DNA of 64,000 bases from Bacillota bacterium. Lineage in GTDB: Bacteria > Bacillota_I > Bacilli_A > RF39 > UBA660. Of the stretch, positions 55,338 through 64,000 are shown one piece after another; the stretch's first letter is position 1, and each line of letters begins with the position of its first letter. The translations under genes were made by a program, and so were the position numbers. Location: positions 1,752 through 65,751 of the forward strand of contig SVAP01000007.1 of assembly GCA_015059335.1 (NCBI GenBank), in the 5' to 3' direction. The notes under the pieces are model-generated. The model saw only the letters and a program-made list of their open reading frames with translations. It made no database searches and was not told the DNA's origin.

Positions 55338-55354
55338 GAAAGTGGAGGAACTAT

Positions 55355-55909
55355 ATGAAATTTGAAAATAGAAATCCTAAAATATTTATTATTTCTGGTA
55401 AAGCAAGCAGTGGTAAAGATTTAGTTTCAGATATTATATGTAATAATTATAACGATAAAAAATGTAAAAAATTATCATATGCTTATTATTTGAAACAATA
55501 TGTAAAAAATATAACTGGATGGGATGGTAGTGAAGAATCTAAACCGCGTGATTTATTACAAAGTATAGGAATAGATTTATTGAAAAATAAAATAGATAAT
55601 GATTTCTTAATTAATAGAATGTGTGAAGATATTAGTGTTTATTCTTACTTTTATGATGTAATTGTTATTACTGATGCTAGACTAGTAGATGAAATTGAAG
55701 TAGTTAAAAATAAATTTTTAAACGTTAAAACTATTAGGGTCAATCGTAATAAAGAAAATAATTTAACACTAAATCAAAAAAAACATATTACAGAAACTAA
55801 CTTAGATAATTATCAAAATTTTGATTATATAATTGAAAATAATGAAGATTATGACAAATTAGTTATTGATACAAAAAATATTTTGGAGGTGGAAAATAAT
55901 GAAGCATAA
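55355..55909 (+). CDS. P-loop kinase-like protein (deoxynucleotide monophosphate kinase-like, tentative)
   Basis: FIISGKASSGKD Walker A and SKPRDLLQSIG block. 184 aa. RBS GGAGGA. Confidence 0.55.
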   Translation: MKFENRNPKIFIISGKASSGKDLVSDIICNNYNDKKCKKLSYAYYLKQYVKNITGWDGSEESKPRDLLQSIGIDLLKNKIDNDFLINRMCEDISVYSYFYDVIVITDARLVDEIEVVKNKFLNVKTIRVNRNKENNLTLNQKKHITETNLDNYQNFDYIIENNEDYDKLVIDTKNILEVENNEA

Positions 55910-56486
55910 TATTATAGCTATAGTTGGAATGTGTGGTTCTGGAAAATCTGTTGCATCAGATATATTAGAACAAAAAGGATATAAAAAAGTATATTTTGGT
56001 GGAGTAACGATGGAAAAATTAAAAGAAGCAGGATTAGAAGTTACTCCTGAAAATGAAAAAATGATGCAAGTAAAATTAAGAGAAGAACATGGTATGGGAG
56101 CTTATGCTAAGCTATTACTTCCACGTATTAAAGAATATTCTATTACAAATGACACTGTATTAGATGGACTTTATTCTTGGGATGAATTAAAAATCTTAAA
56201 AGATGAATTTGGTGATGATATCAAAGTTATAGCCATTATAGCTGATAAAGATATTAGATATGATAGATTATCAAAAAGAGAAGTTAGACCATTTACAAAA
56301 GAAGAAGCAATAAGAAGAGACATTAATGAAATTGAAAGAGTAGCAAAAGGTGGACCTATTGCTTTTGCTGATTATTATATTATTAATAATAGTGATTTAA
56401 AAACTTATAAAATGAGATTAGAAGAAATATTAGAAGAGGTGAAAGAAAATGAAAAATCTAAAAGATTTGTATTTAAACTTTTTTGA
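55899..56486 (+). CDS. P-loop nucleotide kinase-like protein (UPF0200/dephospho-CoA-kinase-like, tentative)
   Basis: IIAIVGMCGSGKS Walker A. ATG 55899 follows GGAGGTGG and overlaps the upstream gene by 11 nt. Confidence 0.55.
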   Translation: MKHNIIAIVGMCGSGKSVASDILEQKGYKKVYFGGVTMEKLKEAGLEVTPENEKMMQVKLREEHGMGAYAKLLLPRIKEYSITNDTVLDGLYSWDELKILKDEFGDDIKVIAIIADKDIRYDRLSKREVRPFTKEEAIRRDINEIERVAKGGPIAFADYYIINNSDLKTYKMRLEEILEEVKENEKSKRFVFKLF

Positions 56487-58221
56487 GTCGAAAGGACATA
56501 AAATAATTCCATCAGCTTCAGTTATCCCTGAAAATGATCCTACATGTTTATTTAACACTGCAGGAATGCAACCATTAATTCCATATTTATTAGGAGAAAA
56601 ACATCCGTTAGGTACAAGACTTACTGATGTTCAAAAATGCTTTAGATTAACAGATTTAGATGAAGTAGGAGATAAAACACACCATACATTCTTTGAAATG
56701 TTAGGAAATTGGAGTTTGGGAGACTATTTTAAAAAAGAATCTATCGCATGGAGTTTTGAATTTTTAACTAAAGAATTAAATATACCTATTGAAAAACTTG
56801 CAGTTACAGTTTTCCGTGGTAATGATTTAGTTGATGCAGATAATGAGAGTGCTGAATACTGGATGGAACAAGGTATACCTAAAGAAAGAATTGCATTTTT
56901 AGGTGAAGAAGATAACTGGTGGGGTGTTGCGACTGGAGGACCATGCGGATCAGATACAGAGATATTTTATTGGAGAAGTGAAGAAGAAGCACCTATAGTT
57001 TTTGACCCAGAAGACAAAAGATGGGTTGAAATTTGGAATAATGTATTTATGCAATATAATAAAACTGCTGAAGATAAATATGAATCATTAGAACAAAAAA
57101 ATGTAGATACAGGTATGGGAGTTGAAAGAACTACTGCAATATTAGAAAATGTAGATGATAACTATAAAACTTCTATATGGAAAGATATTATTGGAAAAAT
57201 TGAAGACATCTCTAACAAAAGTTATGAAAATGAAAATGATGCAAGATGCATGAGAATTATCGCAGACCATATTCGTGCTGTAGTAATAATTACAGCAGAT
57301 GATGCTAATATTGTTCCTTCTAATACTGATCAAGGTTATATCTTAAGAAGACTAATTAGAAGAATGATTAGATATGCTAAAAAATTAGAAATAGATATCA
57401 ATAGTGACTTTGATATAGAGTTAGCTAAAATGATATTTAAAAAATATAGTAAATATTATCCAGAAATAGATAGAAACAAGGATAGAATTATAGAAGTATT
57501 AACACTAGAAAAAAATAAATTTTCTCGTACTTTAGAAAAAGGTATTAAAGAATTTCAAAAAATAACAGAAATATTAAAAAAACAAAATATTAATACAATA
57601 AATGGTAAAACTGTATTTAGATTATATGATACATTTGGATTTCCTCCTGAAATGACTGGTGAATTTGCTGGTGAAATTGGTATGGATATTGATATGGAAG
57701 GTTTTAAAAAACATTTTAATGAACATCAAGAAAAATCTAGAGCAGGAGCAACAGAAAAATTTAAAGGTGGATTATCAGATCATTCAGAATCTAATATTAA
57801 ATATCATACAGCAACACATCTTCTTCATCAAGCGCTAAAAGATGTATTAGGTAATGATGTAAATCAAAAAGGATCAAACATAAATTCTGAAAGATTAAGA
57901 TTTGACTTTTCTTATCCAAGTAAACTTACAGATGAACAAAAACAAAAAGTTGAATCAATCGTTAATCAAAAAATAAGTGAAGCTTTAGACGTTACAGTAG
58001 AAGAAATGACTGTAGAAGAAGCTAAACAAAAAGGTGCAGTTGGATTATTTACTAATAAATATGGTGATATTGTAAAAGTATATTCAATTGGTGATTATTC
58101 AAAAGAAATATGTGGTGGGCCACACGTTAAAAATACATCTGAACTAGGAATCTTCAAAATAAAAAAAGAAGAAGCTGTTGGTGCAGGTGTAAGAAGAATA
58201 AAAGCAGTATTAGAAATATAA
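56449..58221 (+). CDS. alaS: Alanine--tRNA ligase, short form (590 aa)
   Basis: FFESKGHKIIPSASVIPENDPT, HHTFFEMLGNWSLGDYFK, GMGVERT, IADHIRA...GYILRRLIRR. Editing core HTATHLLH ... CGGPHV...GVRRIKAV, with the stop 4 codons later. Confidence 0.85.
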   Translation: MKNLKDLYLNFFESKGHKIIPSASVIPENDPTCLFNTAGMQPLIPYLLGEKHPLGTRLTDVQKCFRLTDLDEVGDKTHHTFFEMLGNWSLGDYFKKESIAWSFEFLTKELNIPIEKLAVTVFRGNDLVDADNESAEYWMEQGIPKERIAFLGEEDNWWGVATGGPCGSDTEIFYWRSEEEAPIVFDPEDKRWVEIWNNVFMQYNKTAEDKYESLEQKNVDTGMGVERTTAILENVDDNYKTSIWKDIIGKIEDISNKSYENENDARCMRIIADHIRAVVIITADDANIVPSNTDQGYILRRLIRRMIRYAKKLEIDINSDFDIELAKMIFKKYSKYYPEIDRNKDRIIEVLTLEKNKFSRTLEKGIKEFQKITEILKKQNINTINGKTVFRLYDTFGFPPEMTGEFAGEIGMDIDMEGFKKHFNEHQEKSRAGATEKFKGGLSDHSESNIKYHTATHLLHQALKDVLGNDVNQKGSNINSERLRFDFSYPSKLTDEQKQKVESIVNQKISEALDVTVEEMTVEEAKQKGAVGLFTNKYGDIVKVYSIGDYSKEICGGPHVKNTSELGIFKIKKEEAVGAGVRRIKAVLEI

Positions 58222-58224
58222 TTT

Positions 58225-58260
58225 AAAAAAATCTTGAAAAAATTAATTCAAGATTTTTTT
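58225..58260. terminator. Bidirectional terminator between convergent genes
   Basis: A6-ATCTTGAA ... TTCAAGAT-T7 (58225-58260). Confidence 0.8.
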
Positions 58261-58269
58261 ATTATAAAA

Positions 58270-58809
58270 TTATTTATAGTAGGTATATAATCCGTACTTA
58301 TTATTCGGATAATCATAAAATATTCCTGTTTTAATTGGATAATATGTTAGTAATCCGAAAACAGTAAAAATAATTGGGATACTAATTAAAGATATAGTAT
58401 TTAAATTTTTATATGTTTTATCACTCTTTAAAATCATATGACTTGTAATTTGACCGATAATAATAGAAATTATGTATATTATCATAGTAATAATTATATT
58501 GTCTTGCTTATCCATTAAGTAATATATTGGAGTAAAAATAAGTGTGTTTGTGAGTATTGTAACTAATGTACTAACTAATAATGCGATAGAAAAATTTTTT
58601 TTACCATGATTACTAATAATAAAATATTCTATTAATCCCCATATCATCATAGTAGTAAAAATCATTTTATTATGTTCCCATATACTTTCATTTACTGGAA
58701 AGAATATACTTGTAAATAGATTAGGAACCCATTCATACATAAAATGTGATAAAAAACTAAGTCCAAATATTGCGAAAACGGATATAATTGTAACTTTTTT
58801 AATATTCAT
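58270..58809 (-). CDS. Polytopic membrane protein of unknown function (recalls DUF6512)
   Basis: LSHFMYEWVPN...FPVNESIWEHNK. ATG 58809 follows AGGAGA; the track ORF opens at 58845. Confidence 0.5.
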   Translation of the reverse strand: MNIKKVTIISVFAIFGLSFLSHFMYEWVPNLFTSIFFPVNESIWEHNKMIFTTMMIWGLIEYFIISNHGKKNFSIALLVSTLVTILTNTLIFTPIYYLMDKQDNIIITMIIYIISIIIGQITSHMILKSDKTYKNLNTISLISIPIIFTVFGLLTYYPIKTGIFYDYPNNKYGLYTYYK

Positions 58810-58864
58810 AAACATTCTCCTTTTAAAACAATTAATTTTACCCATAATAGTATTGGGTGATTTT

Positions 58865-59824
58865 ATGAAAATAAGACTTGGATATGTAGCTTTATCAAAA
58901 GCACTAGATAATATTACAACATCAAGTACAATAACCTATACTAATTATCAGAAATTAGATGATAGTATAAGAAATGATAAACTAGATAATATAATAAAAT
59001 CTAATTTCATTAATTTAGAAAAAATTATTAATTATAATATTAAAAATAATATTCATTTTTATAGACTAACTTCAAAATTAATTCCTTTAGCAACGTTATC
59101 TGAGGTTGAGTATGAGTATATTAATGAATATAAAAAAGAATATGAGAGTATTGGTAAAATCATCAATAATTCTAAAATGAGAATTGATACACATCCAGAT
59201 CAATTTTGTGTTTTGAATAGTGTTGACAAAAAAATTGTCGATAACAGTATTAGTATACTTAATTATCACAAAAATATTCTTTCTGCTTTTAAAATTATAA
59301 ATTCAAAGATTTTAATACATGTGGGTAGTAGTAGCTTTGGAAAGGATAAAAGTATTAGTAGATTTATAAATAATTTTAATAAATTAGATGCAAAAATTCA
59401 AAATATGTTACTTTTAGAAAATGATGATAAGGTGTATAATATAGTTGATACCTTAAATCTATGTAAAAGAATAAATGTGCCTATGGTACTTGATTATCAT
59501 CATTATATGTGTAATAATAATGGTGAAAAAATTACTTCTTATATTAAAGAAATATTTGATACATGGAATAAAGAAGAATTAGTACCTAAAATTCATTTTT
59601 CATCTCCTAAAAATAAAACTAAAAAAGATATAAGAAGTCATCATGATTATATTAATTCAGATGATTTTATAAACTTTATAGAACAAATCAAATTCGTCGA
59701 TAGAGATTTTGATGTTATGATAGAAGCAAAAATGAAAGATGATGCATTATTTAGATTAGTTAGAGAGTTAAAATATAAAACCAATTATAAATTTATTGAT
59801 GAGACAACATTTGTAATAGAATAG
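58865..59824 (+). CDS. uvdE: UV damage endonuclease UvdE/UvsE
   Basis: MKIRLGYVALS..., FYRLTSKLIPLAT, RIDTHPDQF, HVGS, LENDD, DYHH blocks (TIM-barrel UvdE). Confidence 0.75.
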   Translation: MKIRLGYVALSKALDNITTSSTITYTNYQKLDDSIRNDKLDNIIKSNFINLEKIINYNIKNNIHFYRLTSKLIPLATLSEVEYEYINEYKKEYESIGKIINNSKMRIDTHPDQFCVLNSVDKKIVDNSISILNYHKNILSAFKIINSKILIHVGSSSFGKDKSISRFINNFNKLDAKIQNMLLLENDDKVYNIVDTLNLCKRINVPMVLDYHHYMCNNNGEKITSYIKEIFDTWNKEELVPKIHFSSPKNKTKKDIRSHHDYINSDDFINFIEQIKFVDRDFDVMIEAKMKDDALFRLVRELKYKTNYKFIDETTFVIE

Positions 59825-59837
59825 GGGAATATAATTT

Positions 59838-60260
59838 ATGAGTAAAGATTTAATGATAAGAAGTAGCAGTGCAGAATTTTTGATTTTTGAAAGACAAACA
59901 CATGATAAAGGAATCTAAGTTAGATTTGAAGATGGTGGTTTGTGGTTAACACAAAAAGCAATAAGTGAATTATACAATGTTGATAGAACTGTAATAACAA
60001 AACATATACAAAACATTTATTCAGAATTAGAACTAAATGAAAACTCAACTAGTGCAAAATTTGCACTAGTTCAAAACGAGGGTAATCGTGAAGTAAAAAG
60101 AAATGTTCAATATTATGATTTAGATATTTTAAAAAATGCAGGTAAGATATCACATGAAATTGCTTGTGACAAAGCATTAACTGAATTTGAAAAATATAGA
60201 GTAAAACAAGATAAATTATATAAATCAGATTTTGATTTATTATTAGAAGAAATGGAATAA
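59838..60260 (+). pseudogene. RhuM-family gene remnant (premature TAA and internal deletion)
   Basis: MSKDLMIRSSSAEFLIFERQTHDKGI*VRFEDGGLWLTQKAISELYNVDRTVITKHIQNIY...YYDLD is the RhuM N-terminal pattern. In-frame TAA at 59916-59918. After YYDLD it jumps straight to a C-terminal-type KISHEIACDKALTEFEKYR tail. Confidence 0.6.
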
Positions 60261-60344
60261 TAATTTAAAAATATAAATTATTTTAATTTACAAATTACTA
60301 TAAATGATATAATATAAGTATTAAAAATTAATGGAGGTGATAAG

Positions 60345-62165
60345 ATGATAACAGAAGAACAAATCGAAGAGATTAAGAAAAAAAGTAATATAGTTGAAGT
60401 AATATCATCTTATATACCACTTAATAAAAAAGGACGTAATTACTTTGGACTATGTCCTTTTCATGATGACCATTCACCATCAATGAGTGTTTCACCAGAA
60501 AAAGGTATTTATACGTGTTTTGTATGTGGTGCGACTGGTAATGCAATTAGTTTTGTAATGAACTATGAAAATTTAAATTATGTTGAAGCATTGAAGGTTT
60601 TAGGAGATAAATGTGGAGTCAATTTAAATGTAAATAATTATAGAAAGAAAGATAATTATGATGAGTTTTATAATATATATGAACTTACTAATAAATTTTA
60701 TCAAAACAATTTGAATACGGTAAATGGACATGATGCTAGGGAATATCTAAAAAATAGAGGTATAACTGATAACATAATAAGAGAATTCAATGTTGGACTT
60801 GCTTTAGGATTTGATAAAAGTGTTACAAAGTTATTAATTCAAAAAGGATATAAAGAAAAAGACTTAGTTGATATTGGTATTAGCAATAAGACGGATTATG
60901 GTTATCAAGATTTATTTATAAATCGTATTATGTTTCCATTATGGAATTTAGACGGTAAAATAGTAGGCTACAGTGGTAGAATTTATAATCAGGAAGATAC
61001 TGCTAAATATATAAATACAAAAGAAACAGTAATATTTAAAAAGGGACTAAATCTTTATAATTATCATAGAGCTAAAAACGAAGTAAGAATGAGTGGTTCT
61101 GTAATAATTATGGAAGGATTTATGGATGTTATTAGAGCTTATTCTATTGATATTAAAAATGCTGTGGCTACAATGGGAACTGCTTTGACAGTTGAAAATG
61201 CCAATCTTATAAAAAAGATGAGTAACAATGTTATATTATGCTTTGATGGTGATAAAGCTGGTAAGAAAGCAACGTATGCTTGTGGTAATGAACTTGTTAA
61301 AATAGGGGTTAATCCAAAAGTAGTTATATTAGAATCAAATTTAGATCCCGATGAATATATAATTAAATTCGGGGCAAAAAAATTTAAAGAAAAAATAAAT
61401 AACTGTATTAGTTTTTTAGATTTTAAATTAAATTATTTAAAAGAGGGTAAAAATTTAAATAATAATGAGGATTTGACTGAATATATTAACGGAGTAATAA
61501 AAGAAGTAAAAACTATAGATGATGAAATTTTGAGAGAACTAACATTAAAGAAAATTGCAAATGAAATTAACATTAGTGTTGAAACTTTAATGGGTAAATT
61601 ATGGAAAGAAATAGAAAATGATAATAAAGAGATAGAACAGTCTATTGATGATGGTTTTGTAGATATGGTACCCCCTAAAGAAGTACCTTATATACCAAAA
61701 GAAGTTAAAAAACATAGAATTTCTACACCATCTACTACAGACAAATATACTAAGGCGGAACGTAAAGTTTTATATTATATGTTGCACGATAAGGAATTAA
61801 CTTATAAGTATGAGAAGGTATTTCCATATCTTCCTACGAAAATTTATCGATTTTTAGCATCAGAAATAATGTATTTTGTCAAAAAATATGATACAATTAG
61901 CATTAGTGATTTTTTAAATTATATGAAAGACAAACAAGAACTAGTAGATTTAGTGGGTGAAATCTTAAATTTTGATTATAATAAAGATTACACGGAAGAA
62001 GAAATAACGGATTATTTCAAGGTTCTTAGAGAATATAATTTTAAAAGCGAAGTAGATAGATTAAGTGTTGAATTAAAACATGAGACAGATTTAGAAAAAC
62101 AAATTGAACTAGCTAACAAAATCATGAACTTAAAAAAGGGAGTGGAAGATAATGGAAGCAATTAA
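60345..62165 (+). CDS. dnaG: DNA primase
   Basis: Zn ribbon [13 protein letters not shown]...CFVCG and [12 protein letters not shown]...DGDKAG. Confidence 0.95.
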   Translation: MITEEQIEEIKKKSNIVEVISSYIPLNKKGRNYFGLCPFHDDHSPSMSVSPEKGIYTCFVCGATGNAISFVMNYENLNYVEALKVLGDKCGVNLNVNNYRKKDNYDEFYNIYELTNKFYQNNLNTVNGHDAREYLKNRGITDNIIREFNVGLALGFDKSVTKLLIQKGYKEKDLVDIGISNKTDYGYQDLFINRIMFPLWNLDGKIVGYSGRIYNQEDTAKYINTKETVIFKKGLNLYNYHRAKNEVRMSGSVIIMEGFMDVIRAYSIDIKNAVATMGTALTVENANLIKKMSNNVILCFDGDKAGKKATYACGNELVKIGVNPKVVILESNLDPDEYIIKFGAKKFKEKINNCISFLDFKLNYLKEGKNLNNNEDLTEYINGVIKEVKTIDDEILRELTLKKIANEINISVETLMGKLWKEIENDNKEIEQSIDDGFVDMVPPKEVPYIPKEVKKHRISTPSTTDKYTKAERKVLYYMLHDKELTYKYEKVFPYLPTKIYRFLASEIMYFVKKYDTISISDFLNYMKDKQELVDLVGEILNFDYNKDYTEEEITDYFKVLREYNFKSEVDRLSVELKHETDLEKQIELANKIMNLKKGVEDNGSN

Positions 62166-63228
62166 AACCTTAGAAGAAAGAATGAAGGATTTACTTGAAA
62201 TAGGTAAAGATGGAAAAATTACTTATGAACAACTTGCAGAAGTTTTAAAAGGTCTTGATATGGATAGTGACTCACTAGATCTTGTTTATAATTTACTTAC
62301 TGATAATCATATTGAAGTTGTTAGTGCGACTGAAGACGATACAGAAGAAGATGGTAGTCCATTAATTTTAGATGATGATGCATTAACAAAAGATATTAAT
62401 ATTAATGACCCAGTTAGAATGTATTTAAAAGAAATCGGTAAAATTTCATTATTATCGCTAGATGAAGAGCTTGAATTATCACATAGAATTGCTGATGGCG
62501 ATGAAGATGCAAAAAGATTGCTTGCTGAATCAAACCTACGTCTAGTTGTAAGTATTGCAAAACGTTATGTTGGACGTGGAATGTTATTTCTTGACTTAAT
62601 TCAAGAAGGTAACATTGGACTTATGAAAGCCGTTGAAAAGTTTGATTCATCAAAAGGATATAAATTTAGTACATATGCAACATGGTGGATTAGACAAGCT
62701 ATTACAAGAGCAATAGCAGATCAAGCTAGAACTATACGTGTTCCTGTTCATATGGTTGAAACAATTAATAGAATGACAAGACATCAAAGACAATTAACTC
62801 TTGAGTTAAATCGCGAACCAACTGAAGAAGAGATTGCATCACGTATGAAAATTCCTGTAGAAAAAGTTAGGGAAATTATTAAAATAGCGCAAGATCCAGT
62901 TTCATTAGATACTCCAATAGGTGAAGAAGAAGATTCTCATTTAGGTGATTTTATTCCTGATGAAAGAAGTATGAGTCCTGAAGAATTTGCAACAAATGAA
63001 ATTTTAAAAGATCAAATAAGTACTGTATTAATGACTTTAACTGATAGAGAAGAACAAGTGTTAAAATTAAGATTTGGACTTATTGATGGTACATGTAGAA
63101 CTCTAGAAGAAGTTGGGCAAATATTTGGTGTTACAAGAGAAAGAATTAGACAAATTGAAGCTAAAGCATTAAGAAAATTAAGACATCCATCACGTTCTAA
63201 AAAATTAAAGGATTTCATGGGTGACTAA
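62152..63228 (+). CDS. sigA: Primary RNA polymerase sigma factor SigA/RpoD
   Basis: [70 protein letters not shown]. Confidence 0.95.
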   Translation: MEAIKTLEERMKDLLEIGKDGKITYEQLAEVLKGLDMDSDSLDLVYNLLTDNHIEVVSATEDDTEEDGSPLILDDDALTKDININDPVRMYLKEIGKISLLSLDEELELSHRIADGDEDAKRLLAESNLRLVVSIAKRYVGRGMLFLDLIQEGNIGLMKAVEKFDSSKGYKFSTYATWWIRQAITRAIADQARTIRVPVHMVETINRMTRHQRQLTLELNREPTEEEIASRMKIPVEKVREIIKIAQDPVSLDTPIGEEEDSHLGDFIPDERSMSPEEFATNEILKDQISTVLMTLTDREEQVLKLRFGLIDGTCRTLEEVGQIFGVTRERIRQIEAKALRKLRHPSRSKKLKDFMGD

Positions 63229-63907
63229 AAAAATAAATATCTCCAATAGATTAAAAACTATTGGAGATTTCGTTATAGATAATTCAAAAGTGGTGGATGT
63301 TGGATGCGATCATGCTCTATTAAGTATATATCTTTATCAAAATAGAAATAATATAAATGTGATTTCGACAGATATAAATAATGGACCTTTAAACGAGGCT
63401 AAAAATAATATCAAAAATTATAAGTTAGAAAATAAAATTGAGACTAGACTTTCTGATGGCCTAAAAAACATAGAAAAGAATGAATTTGATACTATAATTA
63501 TTGCTGGTATGGGTGGCAATACAATAGTAGATATATTAGGTTTTGATATTGATAAAACAATTAGTGCGAATAGGATAATTATTCAAGCAAACAATAATGT
63601 TGACAAGGTAAGAAAATTTTTAGTTAATAATAATTTTAAAATAACTGATGAAAAATTAGTAAAAGAAAATAATATTATTTCAATAGTGATTTTATTTACT
63701 AAAAATACTAAAAATATAAAATACAGTAGAGATGAAATTTTATTTGGACCAATTTTATTGAAAGAAAATAATATATTATTTAAAGAATTATTAAGTAATA
63801 CTTTGAAAAAGTATTCGATAATTTTAAATAAAATTCCTAGAAAATATATTATAAAAAGATATAAAATGAATAAATATATTTCAAAAATAAAAAGTTATAT
63901 TTCATAA
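63221..63907 (+). CDS. trmK: tRNA (adenine22-N1)-methyltransferase TrmK
   Basis: RLKTIGDFV...[15 protein letters not shown] and IIAGMGG blocks. GTG start overlaps the sigA stop. Confidence 0.75.
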   Translation: MTKKINISNRLKTIGDFVIDNSKVVDVGCDHALLSIYLYQNRNNINVISTDINNGPLNEAKNNIKNYKLENKIETRLSDGLKNIEKNEFDTIIIAGMGGNTIVDILGFDIDKTISANRIIIQANNNVDKVRKFLVNNNFKITDEKLVKENNIISIVILFTKNTKNIKYSRDEILFGPILLKENNILFKELLSNTLKKYSIILNKIPRKYIIKRYKMNKYISKIKSYIS

Positions 63908-63922
63908 AATATAGCTTTTTTT
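63889..63922 (+). terminator. Terminator after trmK
   Basis: 12-bp stem (63889-63900 / 63909-63920, one G-U pair), 8-nt loop, T-run. Confidence 0.5.
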
Positions 63923-63964
63923 ATGATTTTTGAATAAAAAAGTTAAAAAATACATAAAAATATA

Positions 63965-63993
63965 TTGACACAAAAATTATAAATAGATATAAT
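63965..63993 (+). promoter_or_regulatory. Consensus sigmaA promoter directed out of the window
   Basis: TTGACA (63965-63970), exactly 17 nt, TATAAT (63988-63993). Confidence 0.7.
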
Positions 63994-64000
63994 TGGAATG

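Noticed and set aside
2439-63218. All short ORFs in the supplied track that lie antisense to, or in a shadow frame of, a well-supported gene. They are: 2439..2642, 2859..3212, 3105..3338, 5967..6191, 6978..7259, 7445..7630, 9246..9500, 9648..9842, 10026..10340, 11538..11729, 13299..13550, 14860..15045, 15122..15313, 17260..17523, 22572..22772, 23086..23322, 23907..24275, 26976..27239, 27730..27948, 28851..29063, 29480..29704, 30008..30241, 32128..32403, 33028..33246, 34798..35007, 37749..38009, 41820..42059, 45097..45285, 49645..49845, 57142..57333, 63012..63218.
   Set aside because: Each is fully embedded in a CDS with clear family motifs. They have low-complexity Ile/Leu/Phe/Asn/Ser-rich translations, lack SD sequences, and are the expected by-product of strongly biased codon usage in AT-rich DNA.
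1-64000. Alternative genetic code (code 4, TGA read as Trp), considered because of the extreme AT content.
   Set aside because: TGA ends conserved genes at their expected C-termini (polA at 52427-52429; the pilin-like gene at 30357-30359). Trp positions in conserved motifs are TGG.

Overview
Very AT-rich Bacillota-type chromosomal segment, coded almost entirely on the + strand. It uses the standard genetic code, since TGA terminates conserved genes such as polA. I saw no rRNA, tRNA, CRISPR array, transposase or integrase.

Block 1 (1-18.2 kb) is a gap-free envelope-glycopolymer locus. It combines the teichoic-acid linkage-unit enzymes (TagO, a TagA domain, MnaA) with a Wzx flippase, a Wzy-like::GT4 fusion, GT2/GT4 enzymes, an acyltransferase and a sulfotransferase-like ORF. 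It also carries LicC-like and LicD genes preceded by an aminotransferase tail, a GtrA/GtrB module, and two GT-C paralogues, one fused to TagA and one frameshifted.

Block 2 (20.3-38.7 kb) is housekeeping: short rimP-nusA-ylxR-dCMP deaminase-infB-rbfA-truB, trpS, rnhB, miaA, deoD, an M16 peptidase pair, cse60, a SpoVB/MurJ-like flippase, and sirA-like/yneF. It is interrupted at 27.8-31.1 kb by a stand-alone four-gene prepilin operon headed by a 655-aa pilin.

Block 3 (38.7-64 kb) mixes core and accessory genes.
- Core genes: rpsT/gpr, ylbD-ylbE-rsmD, nfo, fmt, polA, proS, uvdE, dnaG-sigA-trmK.
- Accessory or decayed genes: an AlbA_2/HATPase_c_4 protein with a 9 x 12-bp in-frame repeat, a transglutaminase-like protein, an orphan major pilin, tandem YhcG nucleases, a RhuM remnant and a YafQ toxin remnant.
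- An alanine-specific T-box leader drives two small P-loop kinase-like genes plus a 590-aa minimal AlaRS.

The best candidates for something new are, in order: the pilin operon, whose giant subunit has an FGE-sulfatase/C-type-lectin-like motif order; the hybrid teichoic-acid-like locus with unusual fusions and a possible phosphonate decoration; and the T-box/kinase/short-AlaRS operon. All family calls rest on motif recognition by eye. No searches were run.
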